A stretch of DNA of 64,000 nt from Nitrososphaeria archaeon. GTDB taxonomy: Archaea; Thermoproteota; Nitrososphaeria; JACIWG01. The DNA lies in contig CAVVXT010000007.1 of the NCBI GenBank assembly GCA_963752255.1, forward strand, positions 1 through 64,000. The letters are read 5' to 3'. Shown in pieces: positions 20,737 through 30,954 of the stretch (positions are counted from its first letter, which is position 1; each line of letters starts with the position of its first letter). The translations under genes were made by a program, and so were the position numbers. The notes under the pieces were generated by a model. It had not been told where the DNA came from and ran no database searches. It saw nothing but the letters and a program-made list of their open reading frames with translations.

Positions 20737-22027
20737 ATGCGCCCCAAGATATTTTTTGAGACATATGGGTGCCCGTATAATAAGGCGGACACAAAAATAA
20801 TGGAAAACATTGCCTCGAAAAAGTTTGACATCATAGACGACGTTGAACAATCAGACATCATAATATTGAACACATGTTACGTTAAAACGCCTACAGAAAA
20901 TAGAATAGTTAACAGGATAAAGGAACTTGCGAGAAGATTTCCTGAGAAGAAGATGGTGGTGGCAGGCTGTATGACAATAGTTGATAAAGAAAGAGTTCTT
21001 TTATCAAATCCTAGGGCGTCACTTCCTAGGGCCTCAAAATGTTGATCGTATCGAAGAAGCAATTGAGAAATCCCTTTTAGGCGAGCGCTTCATATTCTTG
21101 GACCGTAGAAGGGTCGATAAAAGCAGGCTGCCTAAACTCTGGAAAAAGAACGATGTAATTAGAATTATACCCGTATGCGAAGGGTGCTCAGAAAACTGTA
21201 ATTATTGCTGTACAAGAATAGCGCGCGGATCAATCTTTTCATTTGATACCGAAAGCATAGTGAGGGAGGTCTTGGAAGGAGTCCAAGATGGTGCGAAGGA
21301 ATTCTGGCTTTCAGCCCAGGATACGAGTGCCTACGGACTTGATGTGGGGAACGATCTGGCTGATTTAATAAGTAGGGTTACCGAAGTGGATGGAGAATTC
21401 TTCATTAGAGTTGGCATGATGAATGTCAATCATGCCATTAAAATCTTGGAGAAACTTATCCGAGCATATAAAAGCCCTAAGGTCTTCAAGTTTCTCCATT
21501 TACCTGTGCAAAGCGGTAGCGATAAAATTTTGGGGGCCATGCGTAGGAGATATGAGATTAGGGAAGCTGAAAAGGTTATAGAATATTTCAGAAAGGAGTT
21601 TCCAATGATCACGTTTGCAACGGACATTATTGTAGGCTATCCTGGGGAAACAGATGAAGACTTTAGCAAGACCCTAGAGTTTCTCAGGATAACAAGACCA
21701 GATGTAGTCAATTTGTCAAAGTTTGGAAAAAGGCCCGGAACTGTAGTTAACCAAGGCAAAGACTACGATTTGGATAAGGTTAAAGAAAGAACAAGGATAG
21801 CTCATGATGTTACATCAAGGCTGCAGATGCAAGGATATTTTAGGTGGTTGGGGTGGTGTGGCAAAGTCCTCATCGACGAATACATAGGAGCAGATAGCAT
21901 TGGCAGAAATGACCATTACAAGAATGTTGTTATAAGGGAGAATATTCCGCTTGGGACTATGGTTGATGTGGAAGCTGTAGAAGCACATAAGCACTTCCTC
22001 CTCGGCAAAGTGAAAGGTGTCCAATAA
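20737..22027 (+). CDS. tRNA t6A37 methylthiotransferase (MtaB/MiaB-like radical SAM), frameshift near 21024
   Basis: UPF0004 domain ETYGCPYN / LNTC / VAGC in ORF 20737-21045; CxxxCxxC (CSENCNYC), HLPVQSGS and TRAM domain in ORF 20981-22027. Confidence 0.9.
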
Positions 22028-22228
22028 TCATCAAAGTCGCATCAATTTTGGAGTTCACTGTCATATATGACATATTATGCTAACAGTTTTTTTTCCCTTC
22101 TACTTGTTTTTTGTTAGCATCTTGGCGGATATTCAATGAGACAAGACCGTTGTATAATTTTTTCTACTGGAAATCGGGATTTTTTGTCATATAACGTTAA
22201 GTTGGTCAAATGCGACCTTTGTCTTGCA

Positions 22229-23227
22229 ATGACTTTACATGGTATAGGGGTTGCTGGCATAGGTACAACAGGTAAAAGCGTTGTAGAGAAGATTTCTTTT
22301 AGTCTTCCTGATGCACAATGTGTAACCTTAGATGATTCAAAGTGGAATATCTCTGGTGGCAGGGCTCAGGAAATCAAACTACCTTTAGATTTTGATAGAA
22401 GTGTTGGCAACATAAAAAGGATGGCTTGGAATTCTACAGAAGAGATTTCCGAGACTTTTAAGGACGTAGATAGCTCTATTGTTGTCACTGGATTAGGAGG
22501 AATAGTTGGCTCTTCGGCTGCACCAATAATAGCTCAGAGGTTAAAAGAAGACGGAAAGAAGGTTTTAGGTGTCACCATTATGCCATTCAAGTTCGAGAAG
22601 GACAGGCTCTTTAGAGCAGCGGTCGGCTTGAAGAAGATGAAGGCAATATGCGATGGTGTTGTCATTATAGATAACCAAGATTTTATAGAGAAAGCGCCTC
22701 AGACTCCTCTTTTACACGCTTACGAAATAGAAAATGACTGGATTAGCAAGTTTATCTCCTCATTGTTTAGTAGTGACGAAAGGTTCAGCTTAAACGAAAA
22801 CGAAATTTACGGATTTACCTCAAACAACAAGAATAACGTTTTAGCCATTGGAACAGCAGAAGGTCCAAGTATGGCAGAAGAAGCAACCTTCAAAGTGTCG
22901 TCTTCTCTAATGAGGCAGACTAAGTCAAATGTTAACGGGGCATTGATGTGTGTCGTAGGATGGAAAGATCTCAGTGTTGGAGACTTTTCAACAATAATTT
23001 CGACATTTAGGGGGATGACCCTATGTGAGGGTGAAGTTAGGACAGGATTTTATGCGAGCGGAGAAAGAAATCTTACCGTCTACGCTCTCGCTGCGGTAGA
23101 GCGCACAAGATTTGACGACTGGGATCCATTGTCAGCGATCCTAGGTGATAGAGAGTTAGACTTTGACCCTTGCAGTGGCATGAAACTAGATGAGGGGGAC
23201 TGCTCCAAGATCTGTAGGATAGACTAA
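22229..23227 (+). CDS. Divergent FtsZ/tubulin-family protein
   Basis: GVAGIGTTG, degenerate signature GLGGIVGSSAAP, MPFKFEK, VVIIDN; start taken at MTLHG. Confidence 0.8.
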   Translation: MTLHGIGVAGIGTTGKSVVEKISFSLPDAQCVTLDDSKWNISGGRAQEIKLPLDFDRSVGNIKRMAWNSTEEISETFKDVDSSIVVTGLGGIVGSSAAPIIAQRLKEDGKKVLGVTIMPFKFEKDRLFRAAVGLKKMKAICDGVVIIDNQDFIEKAPQTPLLHAYEIENDWISKFISSLFSSDERFSLNENEIYGFTSNNKNNVLAIGTAEGPSMAEEATFKVSSSLMRQTKSNVNGALMCVVGWKDLSVGDFSTIISTFRGMTLCEGEVRTGFYASGERNLTVYALAAVERTRFDDWDPLSAILGDRELDFDPCSGMKLDEGDCSKICRID

Positions 23228-23859
23228 AATTTTCTCTTTAACACTCGGACTATATTTAACTGGACGAACTCTTTTATTGTTCTTGCTTCTCCATGGGGCA
23301 CCCCATTTCCCTGAAAAACCTCATCCAAAGCTTCATTTAGGGAGCTCGCATTAATTTCCATATAGCATAAGCCCACGTGCTTTGGCATATGAGCGTCACT
23401 TCCTGCAGTCTTGGGAAGATGCATTTCTTCTGCGAGTAGCCATGCTTTCCTAGAGGAGCTTCCAAATGGAAATGATGCTGAATTGTATACTTCGATTGCG
23501 TCGGGTTTAATATTTACTTTTTGCTTCCTCATATAAGATTGGCCATACGGGTGTGCTAATATTGCGTGACCCCCAACCTGATGAACATATCTGATGGGGT
23601 CACTGTACGCCGCAGTTGGGTCAAAATGTTCTTTCGGAAGCAGGCATACTATATGCCCTGCAAAGGTTTTTAGTTCAATAGCTGGAATAAAAAAGACGCC
23701 GTCAACTTCGCTTACTGCATCGATTGTAAACTTGTTATGATCTGCGATCGCCACCGCGTTGATGTCACGTTTTTTAGCGAAGTAAGAAATCTCTTTTAGT
23801 GATCCAAAGGCGTCGTTAGAATTTTCGGTATGAACATGGAAATCGATTTTAAAGCTCAT
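23224..23859 (-). CDS. PHP domain metal-dependent phosphoesterase
   Basis: DFHVHT, ADHN, AHPY, IEVYN, GSDAH. Confidence 0.9.
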   Translation of the reverse strand: MSFKIDFHVHTENSNDAFGSLKEISYFAKKRDINAVAIADHNKFTIDAVSEVDGVFFIPAIELKTFAGHIVCLLPKEHFDPTAAYSDPIRYVHQVGGHAILAHPYGQSYMRKQKVNIKPDAIEVYNSASFPFGSSSRKAWLLAEEMHLPKTAGSDAHMPKHVGLCYMEINASSLNEALDEVFQGNGVPHGEARTIKEFVQLNIVRVLKRKF

Positions 23860-23867
23860 CCTTTACA

Positions 23868-24203
23868 CTATGTTACCTTGCTTCCTGGTGCTACTGCTTT
23901 ATCTGGTGCAATCAACGAAATGTTCGATTGATCATTCTGATCTATTGCCGCCAGTAGCATGACCTGCGATTCAAATCCGAACAAAGTTCTCGGCTTAAGG
24001 TTCGTGACAACTGCAACACTTTTGCCTAGAAGGTCTTCTGGGTTATAGAACTCGGCTATTCCTCCAACGCAGCTTCTGACCGAACCTCCTATATCGATCT
24101 CTAGGTGTAGAAGCTTTTTTGAGTTAGGAACCTTTTCAGCTTTGACTATTTTACCAATGCGAATATCTAGCTTTGCGAATTCATTAAATTCTAGAGTACT
24201 CAT
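23868..24203 (-). CDS. tRNA-binding protein (Trbp111/CsaA; MetRS C-terminal-like OB fold)
   Basis: FAKLDIRIGKI, NLKPR, ESQVMLLAA; overlaps the metG stop. Confidence 0.92.
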   Translation of the reverse strand: MSTLEFNEFAKLDIRIGKIVKAEKVPNSKKLLHLEIDIGGSVRSCVGGIAEFYNPEDLLGKSVAVVTNLKPRTLFGFESQVMLLAAIDQNDQSNISLIAPDKAVAPGSKVT

Positions 24204-25888
24204 TTGGATTTCCCACCACCTTTAAGTTCCTCCAGTTTATTTATAACTTCTTCCGTGGAAAGCTTAGTGAAAAGGGGAGGAAACCTTTTAATCTCTATGG
24301 GATAGGTAAAGTCTTCTTTTGCACCTTCCCATCCAACCTTGAGAACAGATTCTTTTTCGTTCATATTCTTCCAGAGCAGCTCAGAACTGTACGGCGTAAA
24401 TGGGTACAGTTCAACAGCAATTACACGTATCAGTCTTAGAAGAGAGTACGTTATAGACTTGGTCTTCTCTTTATCGGTCTTGAATAGATTCCAAGGCTCC
24501 TTTTCGTTCAAGAATCTGTTTCCGCCTTCGCTTTGGAGAATTATTTCCTTTGCAGCCCTTTGTATCTTGAAGTCCTGTAACAGCGAGCCGACTTTATCGT
24601 GTTCTTTGAGAATTGATTCTATAAACTTCTCAGAGTCTTCGTCGATCTTTGGTTTTTCCTCAAACCTGCTATTACAGAACTTCTCGAAGCCGACTACAGT
24701 TCTATTTACAAGATTACCTATAACATTATTGAGGTCTGTGTTGATCTTTTCAACAAAAAGTTCCATTTTGAAGTTAACGTCACCGCTTTCAGGTCTCAGA
24801 GACAGGAGCGCGTACCTCCAATAATCTGCAGGCGCCAGTTGTAAAGCTTCATCGATCCAGATGCCTATATGCCTGCTCTTGGAGAACTTTTGACCTTCGA
24901 ACATAAGGAAGTCTGTTGAATCAACAGCCGACGGAAGATTGTATCCTTCTCTAGAGCCCAGCAGAAGTCCTGGTAATATTATTGTGTGGAAGGGAATATT
25001 GTCTTTGCCAATTAGATAAGCACTTTTCGCATCCTTTTCAAACCAAAATCTTTTCCAACCCTCCGGTTCTCCCTTCTTTTCAAAATATTCTATTGTTGCA
25101 GAAATATACCCTAAAACTGCTTCCATCCAAACATAAATAGTTTTACCCTCAGCACCCTTAAACGGTGCTGGAATACCCCACTTAGAATCTCTTGTGAGAG
25201 ACCTCGGTTTTAAACCTTCCTCCACAAGCTTTAAACTGAAAGACCTTGCGATTTCAGAAAGGTGAATGTTATCACCTAAAAGATATTTTTTAATGTCATC
25301 CTTTAGTTTCGGAAGGTCAAAGAACCACTGTTTCGTTTCCTTCAAGTGCACAGGTGAATGGCAAACCACGCAGACGGGATTAACTAACTTCTCAGGTTCA
25401 AGTGGTCTACCGCAACTATCACATTGATCTCCTCTGGCATTCTTGAAACCGCAGAACGGACATTCTCCTTCAACAAAGCGGTCGGGTAGAAAGCGTTCAT
25501 CTTTATCACAGTAGTGCACCCTTTCTATGGCTTCGTAGACGAAGCCATTCTTCTGAAGCTGGATGTAGAAACCCTGAACAAAACGTATGTGAGTTGGATT
25601 CTCAGTTCTGGTGTAGTTGTCGTAAGATATTTCCCATCGTTCAATAAGGTCCTTAATTTTTTTATGGTTCTTATCCGCAAATTCTCTGACAGGAAGATTT
25701 TCCTTTAGCGCTTCAACTTCAACAGGGGTGCCATGCTCATCTGAGCCTGAAACGTAGAGGACCTCGTGCCCTTTTAGTCGCATAAATCTAGCCACAGCGT
25801 CGCCAGAAAGTATTGATCCTATCATGTTACCCAGATGAGGAGTCACAGACGAATATGGCCAAGCGGAAGTAATTAGCCATTTAGTCAA
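24200..25888 (-). CDS. metG: Methionine--tRNA ligase
   Basis: HLGN, GSDEHG, Zn knuckles, YVWMEA, GKDNIPFH, KFSKS. Confidence 0.97.
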   Translation of the reverse strand: MTKWLITSAWPYSSVTPHLGNMIGSILSGDAVARFMRLKGHEVLYVSGSDEHGTPVEVEALKENLPVREFADKNHKKIKDLIERWEISYDNYTRTENPTHIRFVQGFYIQLQKNGFVYEAIERVHYCDKDERFLPDRFVEGECPFCGFKNARGDQCDSCGRPLEPEKLVNPVCVVCHSPVHLKETKQWFFDLPKLKDDIKKYLLGDNIHLSEIARSFSLKLVEEGLKPRSLTRDSKWGIPAPFKGAEGKTIYVWMEAVLGYISATIEYFEKKGEPEGWKRFWFEKDAKSAYLIGKDNIPFHTIILPGLLLGSREGYNLPSAVDSTDFLMFEGQKFSKSRHIGIWIDEALQLAPADYWRYALLSLRPESGDVNFKMELFVEKINTDLNNVIGNLVNRTVVGFEKFCNSRFEEKPKIDEDSEKFIESILKEHDKVGSLLQDFKIQRAAKEIILQSEGGNRFLNEKEPWNLFKTDKEKTKSITYSLLRLIRVIAVELYPFTPYSSELLWKNMNEKESVLKVGWEGAKEDFTYPIEIKRFPPLFTKLSTEEVINKLEELKGGGKSK

Positions 25889-26068
25889 CTCTATCAGCCA
25901 CTATCATTCATAAAGATAAAATTATAATGTTTCTCTTCTACTTATATGCAGCAGCCTGTGATGCATTTTTATCGTTTAATGTTACATATGGAACGGAGCT
26001 AGTTTGATAGTAAACGGTTTAGCACAATTTTATTAACTGATGTAAACTGTCTATTTATGGTGGAATAG

Positions 26069-26737
26069 CTGCCTAAAGTAAATTGTAAGAAAGTTACATG
26101 GGATGAGGTTGAATTCTGGAGCAGGGTTGTCAGCGACAAGATCTACAATTCGAGTTGGCTTCCAGACTCCATAGTAGCGATATCGAGAGGGGGTTATGTT
26201 CCAGCACGCTTGATTTGCGACCGTCTGCTTGTGGGAGAACTTGTTTCACTTCAGATATCTCACTGGCCTTCAGCTGCTCAAGTTGCAAAGGAAGCTGGAG
26301 TCAGAGTACCATTATATTGCGACATGAGTGCGAAAAGGGTGCTTGTCGTTGACGACATCTCAGACACAGGCGATTCAATAGCTATTGCCAAAGATCATAT
26401 ACGAGCCAACTGTAAACCAAAGGATATTCAGGTTGCAACGCTTCAATGGATTTCGGAAACCAGTAAGGTCACTCCAGATTTTTATGCTGAGGAAGTGAAA
26501 GGTTGGCGGTGGTACCAGTATCCCTGGACGCGGCTAGAGGACGTAATCGGTTTTATAAAGAGAATAATCGCTGACAACAAAGACATCGAGATTTGGACTA
26601 TCAACGAAATCGAAAATATGTTCCCTGAATGGTACGGTGTCACCTTTGATAGATGGTTCTACGATAAGGCTTTTGAGACCCTTACGGCGAAAGGATATCT
26701 GACGAAGGAAAACGGCAGATACCGTGCCCCAAAATAA
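26069..26737 (+). CDS. Purine phosphoribosyltransferase family protein (probable CTG start)
   Basis: Frame is open from CTG 26069: PKVNCKKVTWDEV...VAISRGG...; PRPP motif VLVVDDISDTGDS; WYQYPW. Confidence 0.88.
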   Translation: MPKVNCKKVTWDEVEFWSRVVSDKIYNSSWLPDSIVAISRGGYVPARLICDRLLVGELVSLQISHWPSAAQVAKEAGVRVPLYCDMSAKRVLVVDDISDTGDSIAIAKDHIRANCKPKDIQVATLQWISETSKVTPDFYAEEVKGWRWYQYPWTRLEDVIGFIKRIIADNKDIEIWTINEIENMFPEWYGVTFDRWFYDKAFETLTAKGYLTKENGRYRAPK

Positions 26738-26855
26738 GCCTCACCTTTTACCATAGATCTCCCGTTTTATCCACATTCAGGGAACTTGTAAAGCGCCTTT
26801 AAAATGGAAAATGGTTTTTATAACCCTTCCAATATATATCTTACACGGTGTCATT

Positions 26856-27653
26856 ATGGTTACAAGTTGCAGAGCTGAAGTTGGTGTTATAGGTGGTAGC
26901 GGCTTCTACGATCCTGCCATGTTTGGGGAAATTTCAGAAGTCAAGATGTATACACCTTATGGTGCACCATCGGACATCATTTCCGTTGGCGAGCTGAAAG
27001 GTGTAAAGGTGGCTTTCTTACCACGGCATGGAAAACGGCATTCTATACCACCACACCTAATCAACTTCAGGGCAAACGTCTGGGCGATGAGGGACCTTGG
27101 AGTGAAGAGGATCATAGCTCCTTCAGCAGTAGGAAGTCTTAGAGAGGATATGAAACCCGGTGACCTCGTCATACCAAATCAATTCATTGACTTTACTAAG
27201 AACAGGGTGTACTCTTTCTACGACGGAGCTGTCGTAGGTCATTTCTCGCTTGCAGACCCCTTTTGCCCAGAGCTGAACAGACTAGCAGCAGAGGAGGCTG
27301 CTAAACTAAAGATTCGATTCCATGGGGGAGGAACTTACGTCTGCATAGAGGGCCCTCGGTTTTCAACAAGAGCCGAATCGAAGATGTTCCGAACTTGGAG
27401 CGCAGATATCATAGGGATGACATTGATACCTGAGGTATCACTGGCTAGGGAGGCTGGAATATGCTATACCACTCTTGCCACAGTTACAGACTATGATGTT
27501 TGGGCCGATAAACCGGTGACCGCGCAGGAAGTGGTGGAGACCCTAAAGTCCAATGTTGAAAAGGTTAAGTCACTGCTAACAGAGCTGATACCAGTAATAT
27601 CTAAAGAAAGGAAATGTCAGTGTTCTAAATCTGCCGAGAACGCGTTGGTCTAA
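26856..27653 (+). CDS. mtnP: S-methyl-5'-thioadenosine phosphorylase
   Basis: GVIGGSG, LPRHG, EGPRFSTRAES, TDYD specificity motif, C-terminal CxC. Confidence 0.92.
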   Translation: MVTSCRAEVGVIGGSGFYDPAMFGEISEVKMYTPYGAPSDIISVGELKGVKVAFLPRHGKRHSIPPHLINFRANVWAMRDLGVKRIIAPSAVGSLREDMKPGDLVIPNQFIDFTKNRVYSFYDGAVVGHFSLADPFCPELNRLAAEEAAKLKIRFHGGGTYVCIEGPRFSTRAESKMFRTWSADIIGMTLIPEVSLAREAGICYTTLATVTDYDVWADKPVTAQEVVETLKSNVEKVKSLLTELIPVISKERKCQCSKSAENALV

Positions 27654-27682
27654 TCCATTACATCCTTCTTTAAGCGCGCTAA

Positions 27683-28450
27683 TCAACCTTTTTCACTTTC
27701 TTTTAAGACCTTTATTGATTCTAGGATAAGTAACTTGGTTTTCTCTTGCGATTTATGCATTATATCTAAAACAAGATTGTGTGAGACATTATTTATCATC
27801 CCGGCAGCATAGTTCGTCGAAATCGCTATCGCTGCGTACTCTATACCAAGCTCCTTCGCGAGGAAAACCTCTGGTACACTGGTCATACCTACAATGTCGG
27901 CTCCAAGAATCCTAAAAGCCCTGATTTCGGCAGGGGTCTCATATCTTGGGCCTTCTGTGCAAACATATGTTCCCTCGCCACAAACCTTAATTTGCAAACG
28001 TTCACTTGCCTCTAGGATTGCTGACCTAACCCTTTCTGAATATGGTTGACTAACATCAGTAAAGACAACGTCACCATCTCCACCCTCAAAGAATGTGGAA
28101 ACACGATTTTTTGTAAAATCAAGTACCTGATCAGGCACCACAAAAGAGCCTGGAGCGATTTTCTTCCTAAGCGAGCCCACAGCATTCGTAGCTATAACAT
28201 GCTTAATACCAAATACGCTCAAAGCAAAGATATTCGCTCTATAGTTAATCTTATGAGGTGGGACAGAATAGTTCACTCCGTGCCTGGGAAGAAAGAAGAC
28301 ATTCTTATGATCCTTCACACCATATATTGAAGCGTAACCATATGGAGTCTTTATATCTAGTTTTGTTAGAAGCTCAAAAAACTTATCTACACCTGTACCT
28401 GCTATTATTGCATATCTACGACGCCCCATGCATAAAATTTTGTTTATCAA
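27683..28450 (-). CDS. MTAP-family purine nucleoside phosphorylase, probably 6-oxopurine specific
   Basis: LPRHG, EGPRYETPAE, TNYAAG in place of TDYD. Confidence 0.88.
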   Translation of the reverse strand: MINKILCMGRRRYAIIAGTGVDKFFELLTKLDIKTPYGYASIYGVKDHKNVFFLPRHGVNYSVPPHKINYRANIFALSVFGIKHVIATNAVGSLRKKIAPGSFVVPDQVLDFTKNRVSTFFEGGDGDVVFTDVSQPYSERVRSAILEASERLQIKVCGEGTYVCTEGPRYETPAEIRAFRILGADIVGMTSVPEVFLAKELGIEYAAIAISTNYAAGMINNVSHNLVLDIMHKSQEKTKLLILESIKVLKESEKG

Positions 28451-28546
28451 ATATATTTCTCTTCCGATTTATTGAAGGAGCAAAACTTCCTGCTGTTTAA
28501 CTTAAGGTTATTATAGGAGTGTAATTTAACTCGGAGTAGAAGAAGC

Positions 28547-28961
28547 TTGAGCCTAACCTACGATGAACTTTTGAAAAGGCTAAGGGAAAAAGCTAAACCT
28601 ACTGAGAAGTCTAGCGAAGTGGAGACTTGAAGTTCCGAAAATTCAAGTTATCTGGCTGGGAAACAAAACAATCATCAGGAACTATATGGACTTTCCAAGA
28701 GTTCTAAGAAGAGATTCCAGCAGGCTCCTCATGTATCTGGCGAAAAAACTTGCCGTACCCGCTTCATTAGATGGTGAGAGAGCGATACTTATAGGGAGAA
28801 GAGACCCGAGAACTATCTCAGCCGTCATAGAGAAATACGTTAACGAAAGGGTAAGATGTCCGGTCTGCGGTAGCCCAGACACAAACATTAAGAGGGAAAA
28901 GAGAATGGAGTTCCTCGTGTGCGAAGCCTGTGGTGGAAAATCTCCCATCGGTGAAAAATAG
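28547..28961 (+). CDS. Translation initiation factor aIF-2 beta subunit, frameshift near 28621
   Basis: TTG start, LTYDELLKRL, then shifted RLEVPK...GNKTIIRN into ORF 28686-28961 with CPVCGSPDT...CEACG. Confidence 0.9.
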
Positions 28962-29282
28962 TTGCGCAAAGAAAGAAGAGATTATATCGCTAGAGTTATC
29001 GAAGCATCAGAATATAATATGCTCAGCGTTTGTGATGAAGAAGTTTTTGGATGCACCGTAGAGGAAAACGGGCTTCAAATGTGCATCTCCGCCGAATTCT
29101 ATGGCGGAGCAAAGGTAGACGAAAAAAAGCTTGTCGAGCTTCTGAAGACAACTCCGATAATAAGTCTGGCAGGAAACCGCTGCGTAGAACTAGCGGTGAA
29201 GAAGGGGTTCGCGCACAGAGACGCAATTAAAAAGGTTAAAAGCATATCATTTCTTATGATATTTAAATTTATGAGGGGATAA
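28962..29282 (+). CDS. DUF424 family protein
   Basis: LSVCDEEVFG, EFYGG, LAGNRCV; usual position beside aIF genes. Confidence 0.8.
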   Translation: MRKERRDYIARVIEASEYNMLSVCDEEVFGCTVEENGLQMCISAEFYGGAKVDEKKLVELLKTTPIISLAGNRCVELAVKKGFAHRDAIKKVKSISFLMIFKFMRG

Positions 29283-29284
29283 GA

Positions 29285-29596
29285 TTGGGAAAGAGAAAGG
29301 TTCTAAATGAAGCAGATCTCAAAGAACTCGTGCTACCGGAGTCTGGGGAACTGTTGGGTATCGCAGTGAAGCTAATGGGAAGTGACCACATCATGGTCAA
29401 ATGCACTGACGGCAAATTTAGAATGGGTAGAATAATTGGTAGGCTCAAGAGAAAGATATGGATTAGAGAAGGAGACGTCGTTTTGGTTGCCCCATGGGAT
29501 TTTAAAGCAAATGAAAAAGCTGATGTCGTATGGCGTTATACGATATCTCAAGTGGACTGGCTCAAGGCAAATAAGTATCTTCCTGAAGAGCTATAG
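29285..29596 (+). CDS. eif1A: Translation initiation factor aIF-1A
   Basis: CTDGKFRMGRIIGRLKRKIWIREGDVVLVAPWDF. Confidence 0.95.
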   Translation: MGKRKVLNEADLKELVLPESGELLGIAVKLMGSDHIMVKCTDGKFRMGRIIGRLKRKIWIREGDVVLVAPWDFKANEKADVVWRYTISQVDWLKANKYLPEEL

Positions 29597-29599
29597 GTA

Positions 29600-30394
29600 A
29601 TGGAGGACAACACTTTCTTAGGAGACTATGATATCAGTAAGCTGACACGTCTAACTACCCACGGTAAGAAAAGACTCCTCAGAGAGAAGGATTGGGATAA
29701 GAGAAAGACGTACGAGCAAGCTCTGGATGGGAGAACGCTAACAACATTATATAAACTGACAAAAAAGAAAATTATTTACAGATTGGGAGGACCTATAGGC
29801 TCAGGAAAGGAGTCTAAGATCTTCCTTGCAAAAGACTTTGATAATAAAGATATAGCTTTAAAGATATTTCTTACCTCAACTGCCGAGTTCAAGAAAAGGC
29901 TTCCGTACATCCTTGGAGATAGAAGATTTGAGGGAATGAAGAAAAACGGTTATTGGCTGATAAAGCTTTGGGCTAAAAAAGAATATGTTAACCTGAACAC
30001 AGCCTACTATAACAGTGTTAACGTTCCGAAGCCTATAACGGTACTTAATAACGTTCTCGCTATGGAGTTTATTGGAAAAGAAGGAAAGAAAGCGCCATTA
30101 CTTGCGGATGTTGAACCGACTAAGACCGATTACTTGAAGGTTGTAGAAATGATCAGAAGGCTTTACTTTAAGGCTAAACTTGTGCACTCCGATCTTTCTG
30201 AGCACAACATCTTCAAGCTGGGTTCAGAGATCTACTTCTTCGACTTTGGATCGGCAGTCGTAGCAGATCATCCCAACGCTCTGGAGTTTTTATTAAGGGA
30301 TGTTAGAAACGTTAACAGATTTTTTATAAGAAATGGAATAGAGGTTTTTGATGAAAAGAGAGTTTTAAAGGGGGTCAGAGAAAGATGGCCTTAA
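29600..30394 (+). CDS. rio1: RIO1 family serine protein kinase
   Basis: GSGKES, WAKKEY, LVHSDLSEHNI, FDFG. Confidence 0.92.
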   Translation: MEDNTFLGDYDISKLTRLTTHGKKRLLREKDWDKRKTYEQALDGRTLTTLYKLTKKKIIYRLGGPIGSGKESKIFLAKDFDNKDIALKIFLTSTAEFKKRLPYILGDRRFEGMKKNGYWLIKLWAKKEYVNLNTAYYNSVNVPKPITVLNNVLAMEFIGKEGKKAPLLADVEPTKTDYLKVVEMIRRLYFKAKLVHSDLSEHNIFKLGSEIYFFDFGSAVVADHPNALEFLLRDVRNVNRFFIRNGIEVFDEKRVLKGVRERWP

Positions 30395-30954
30395 AGATGG
30401 AGATAAAAATTCCAAAAGAGCGAATTGGAGCCGTTATAGGAAAGAGTGGAAAGATAAAGGAGCTATTGGAGAAAGAATGCCAGGTCACGGTAAAGGTTGA
30501 TAGCGAAAACGGTGACGTAGTTGTTACAGCCAACGAGGAAACAAATGTGGTAGGTGTAACAAAGGTTTTAGGAGTAGTACAGGCAATAGGAAGGGGCTTC
30601 TCTTACGAGAAGGCTAAGACACTGTTAGATGACCAATACTCGCTCGATGTGATAGACCTAACAGACTATTCAGGAAAGTCCGAGTCTAATCTTAAAAGAA
30701 TCAGGGGAAGAATCATAGGTGCGGAAGGAAAGGCAAGAAAGATTGTCGAAGATTTGACTGAAACATATATTTCCGTATACGGTCACACTGTCTCAATAAT
30801 CGGACAGATTGACGACTTGAAGGCAGCGCACGAAGCCATAGAGATACTTGCAAATGGCAGCCAACATAAAACCGTTTATGAACGGCTACAGAAAAGGAGG
30901 ACGAGGCTTAAACTTGAAAGGCTGCAGCTATGGGAAAAGAGGGAGGAGCTTTGA
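30385..30954 (+). CDS. KH-domain rRNA-processing protein (Dim2/Pno1-like)
   Basis: RIGAVIGKSG, AIGRGFS, GRIIGAEGK, ISVYG. Confidence 0.92.
   Translation: MALKMEIKIPKERIGAVIGKSGKIKELLEKECQVTVKVDSENGDVVVTANEETNVVGVTKVLGVVQAIGRGFSYEKAKTLLDDQYSLDVIDLTDYSGKSESNLKRIRGRIIGAEGKARKIVEDLTETYISVYGHTVSIIGQIDDLKAAHEAIEILANGSQHKTVYERLQKRRTRLKLERLQLWEKREEL

Noticed and set aside
23868-25888. Split MetRS as a novelty
   Set aside because: A stand-alone Trbp111-like domain beside metG is a known arrangement.
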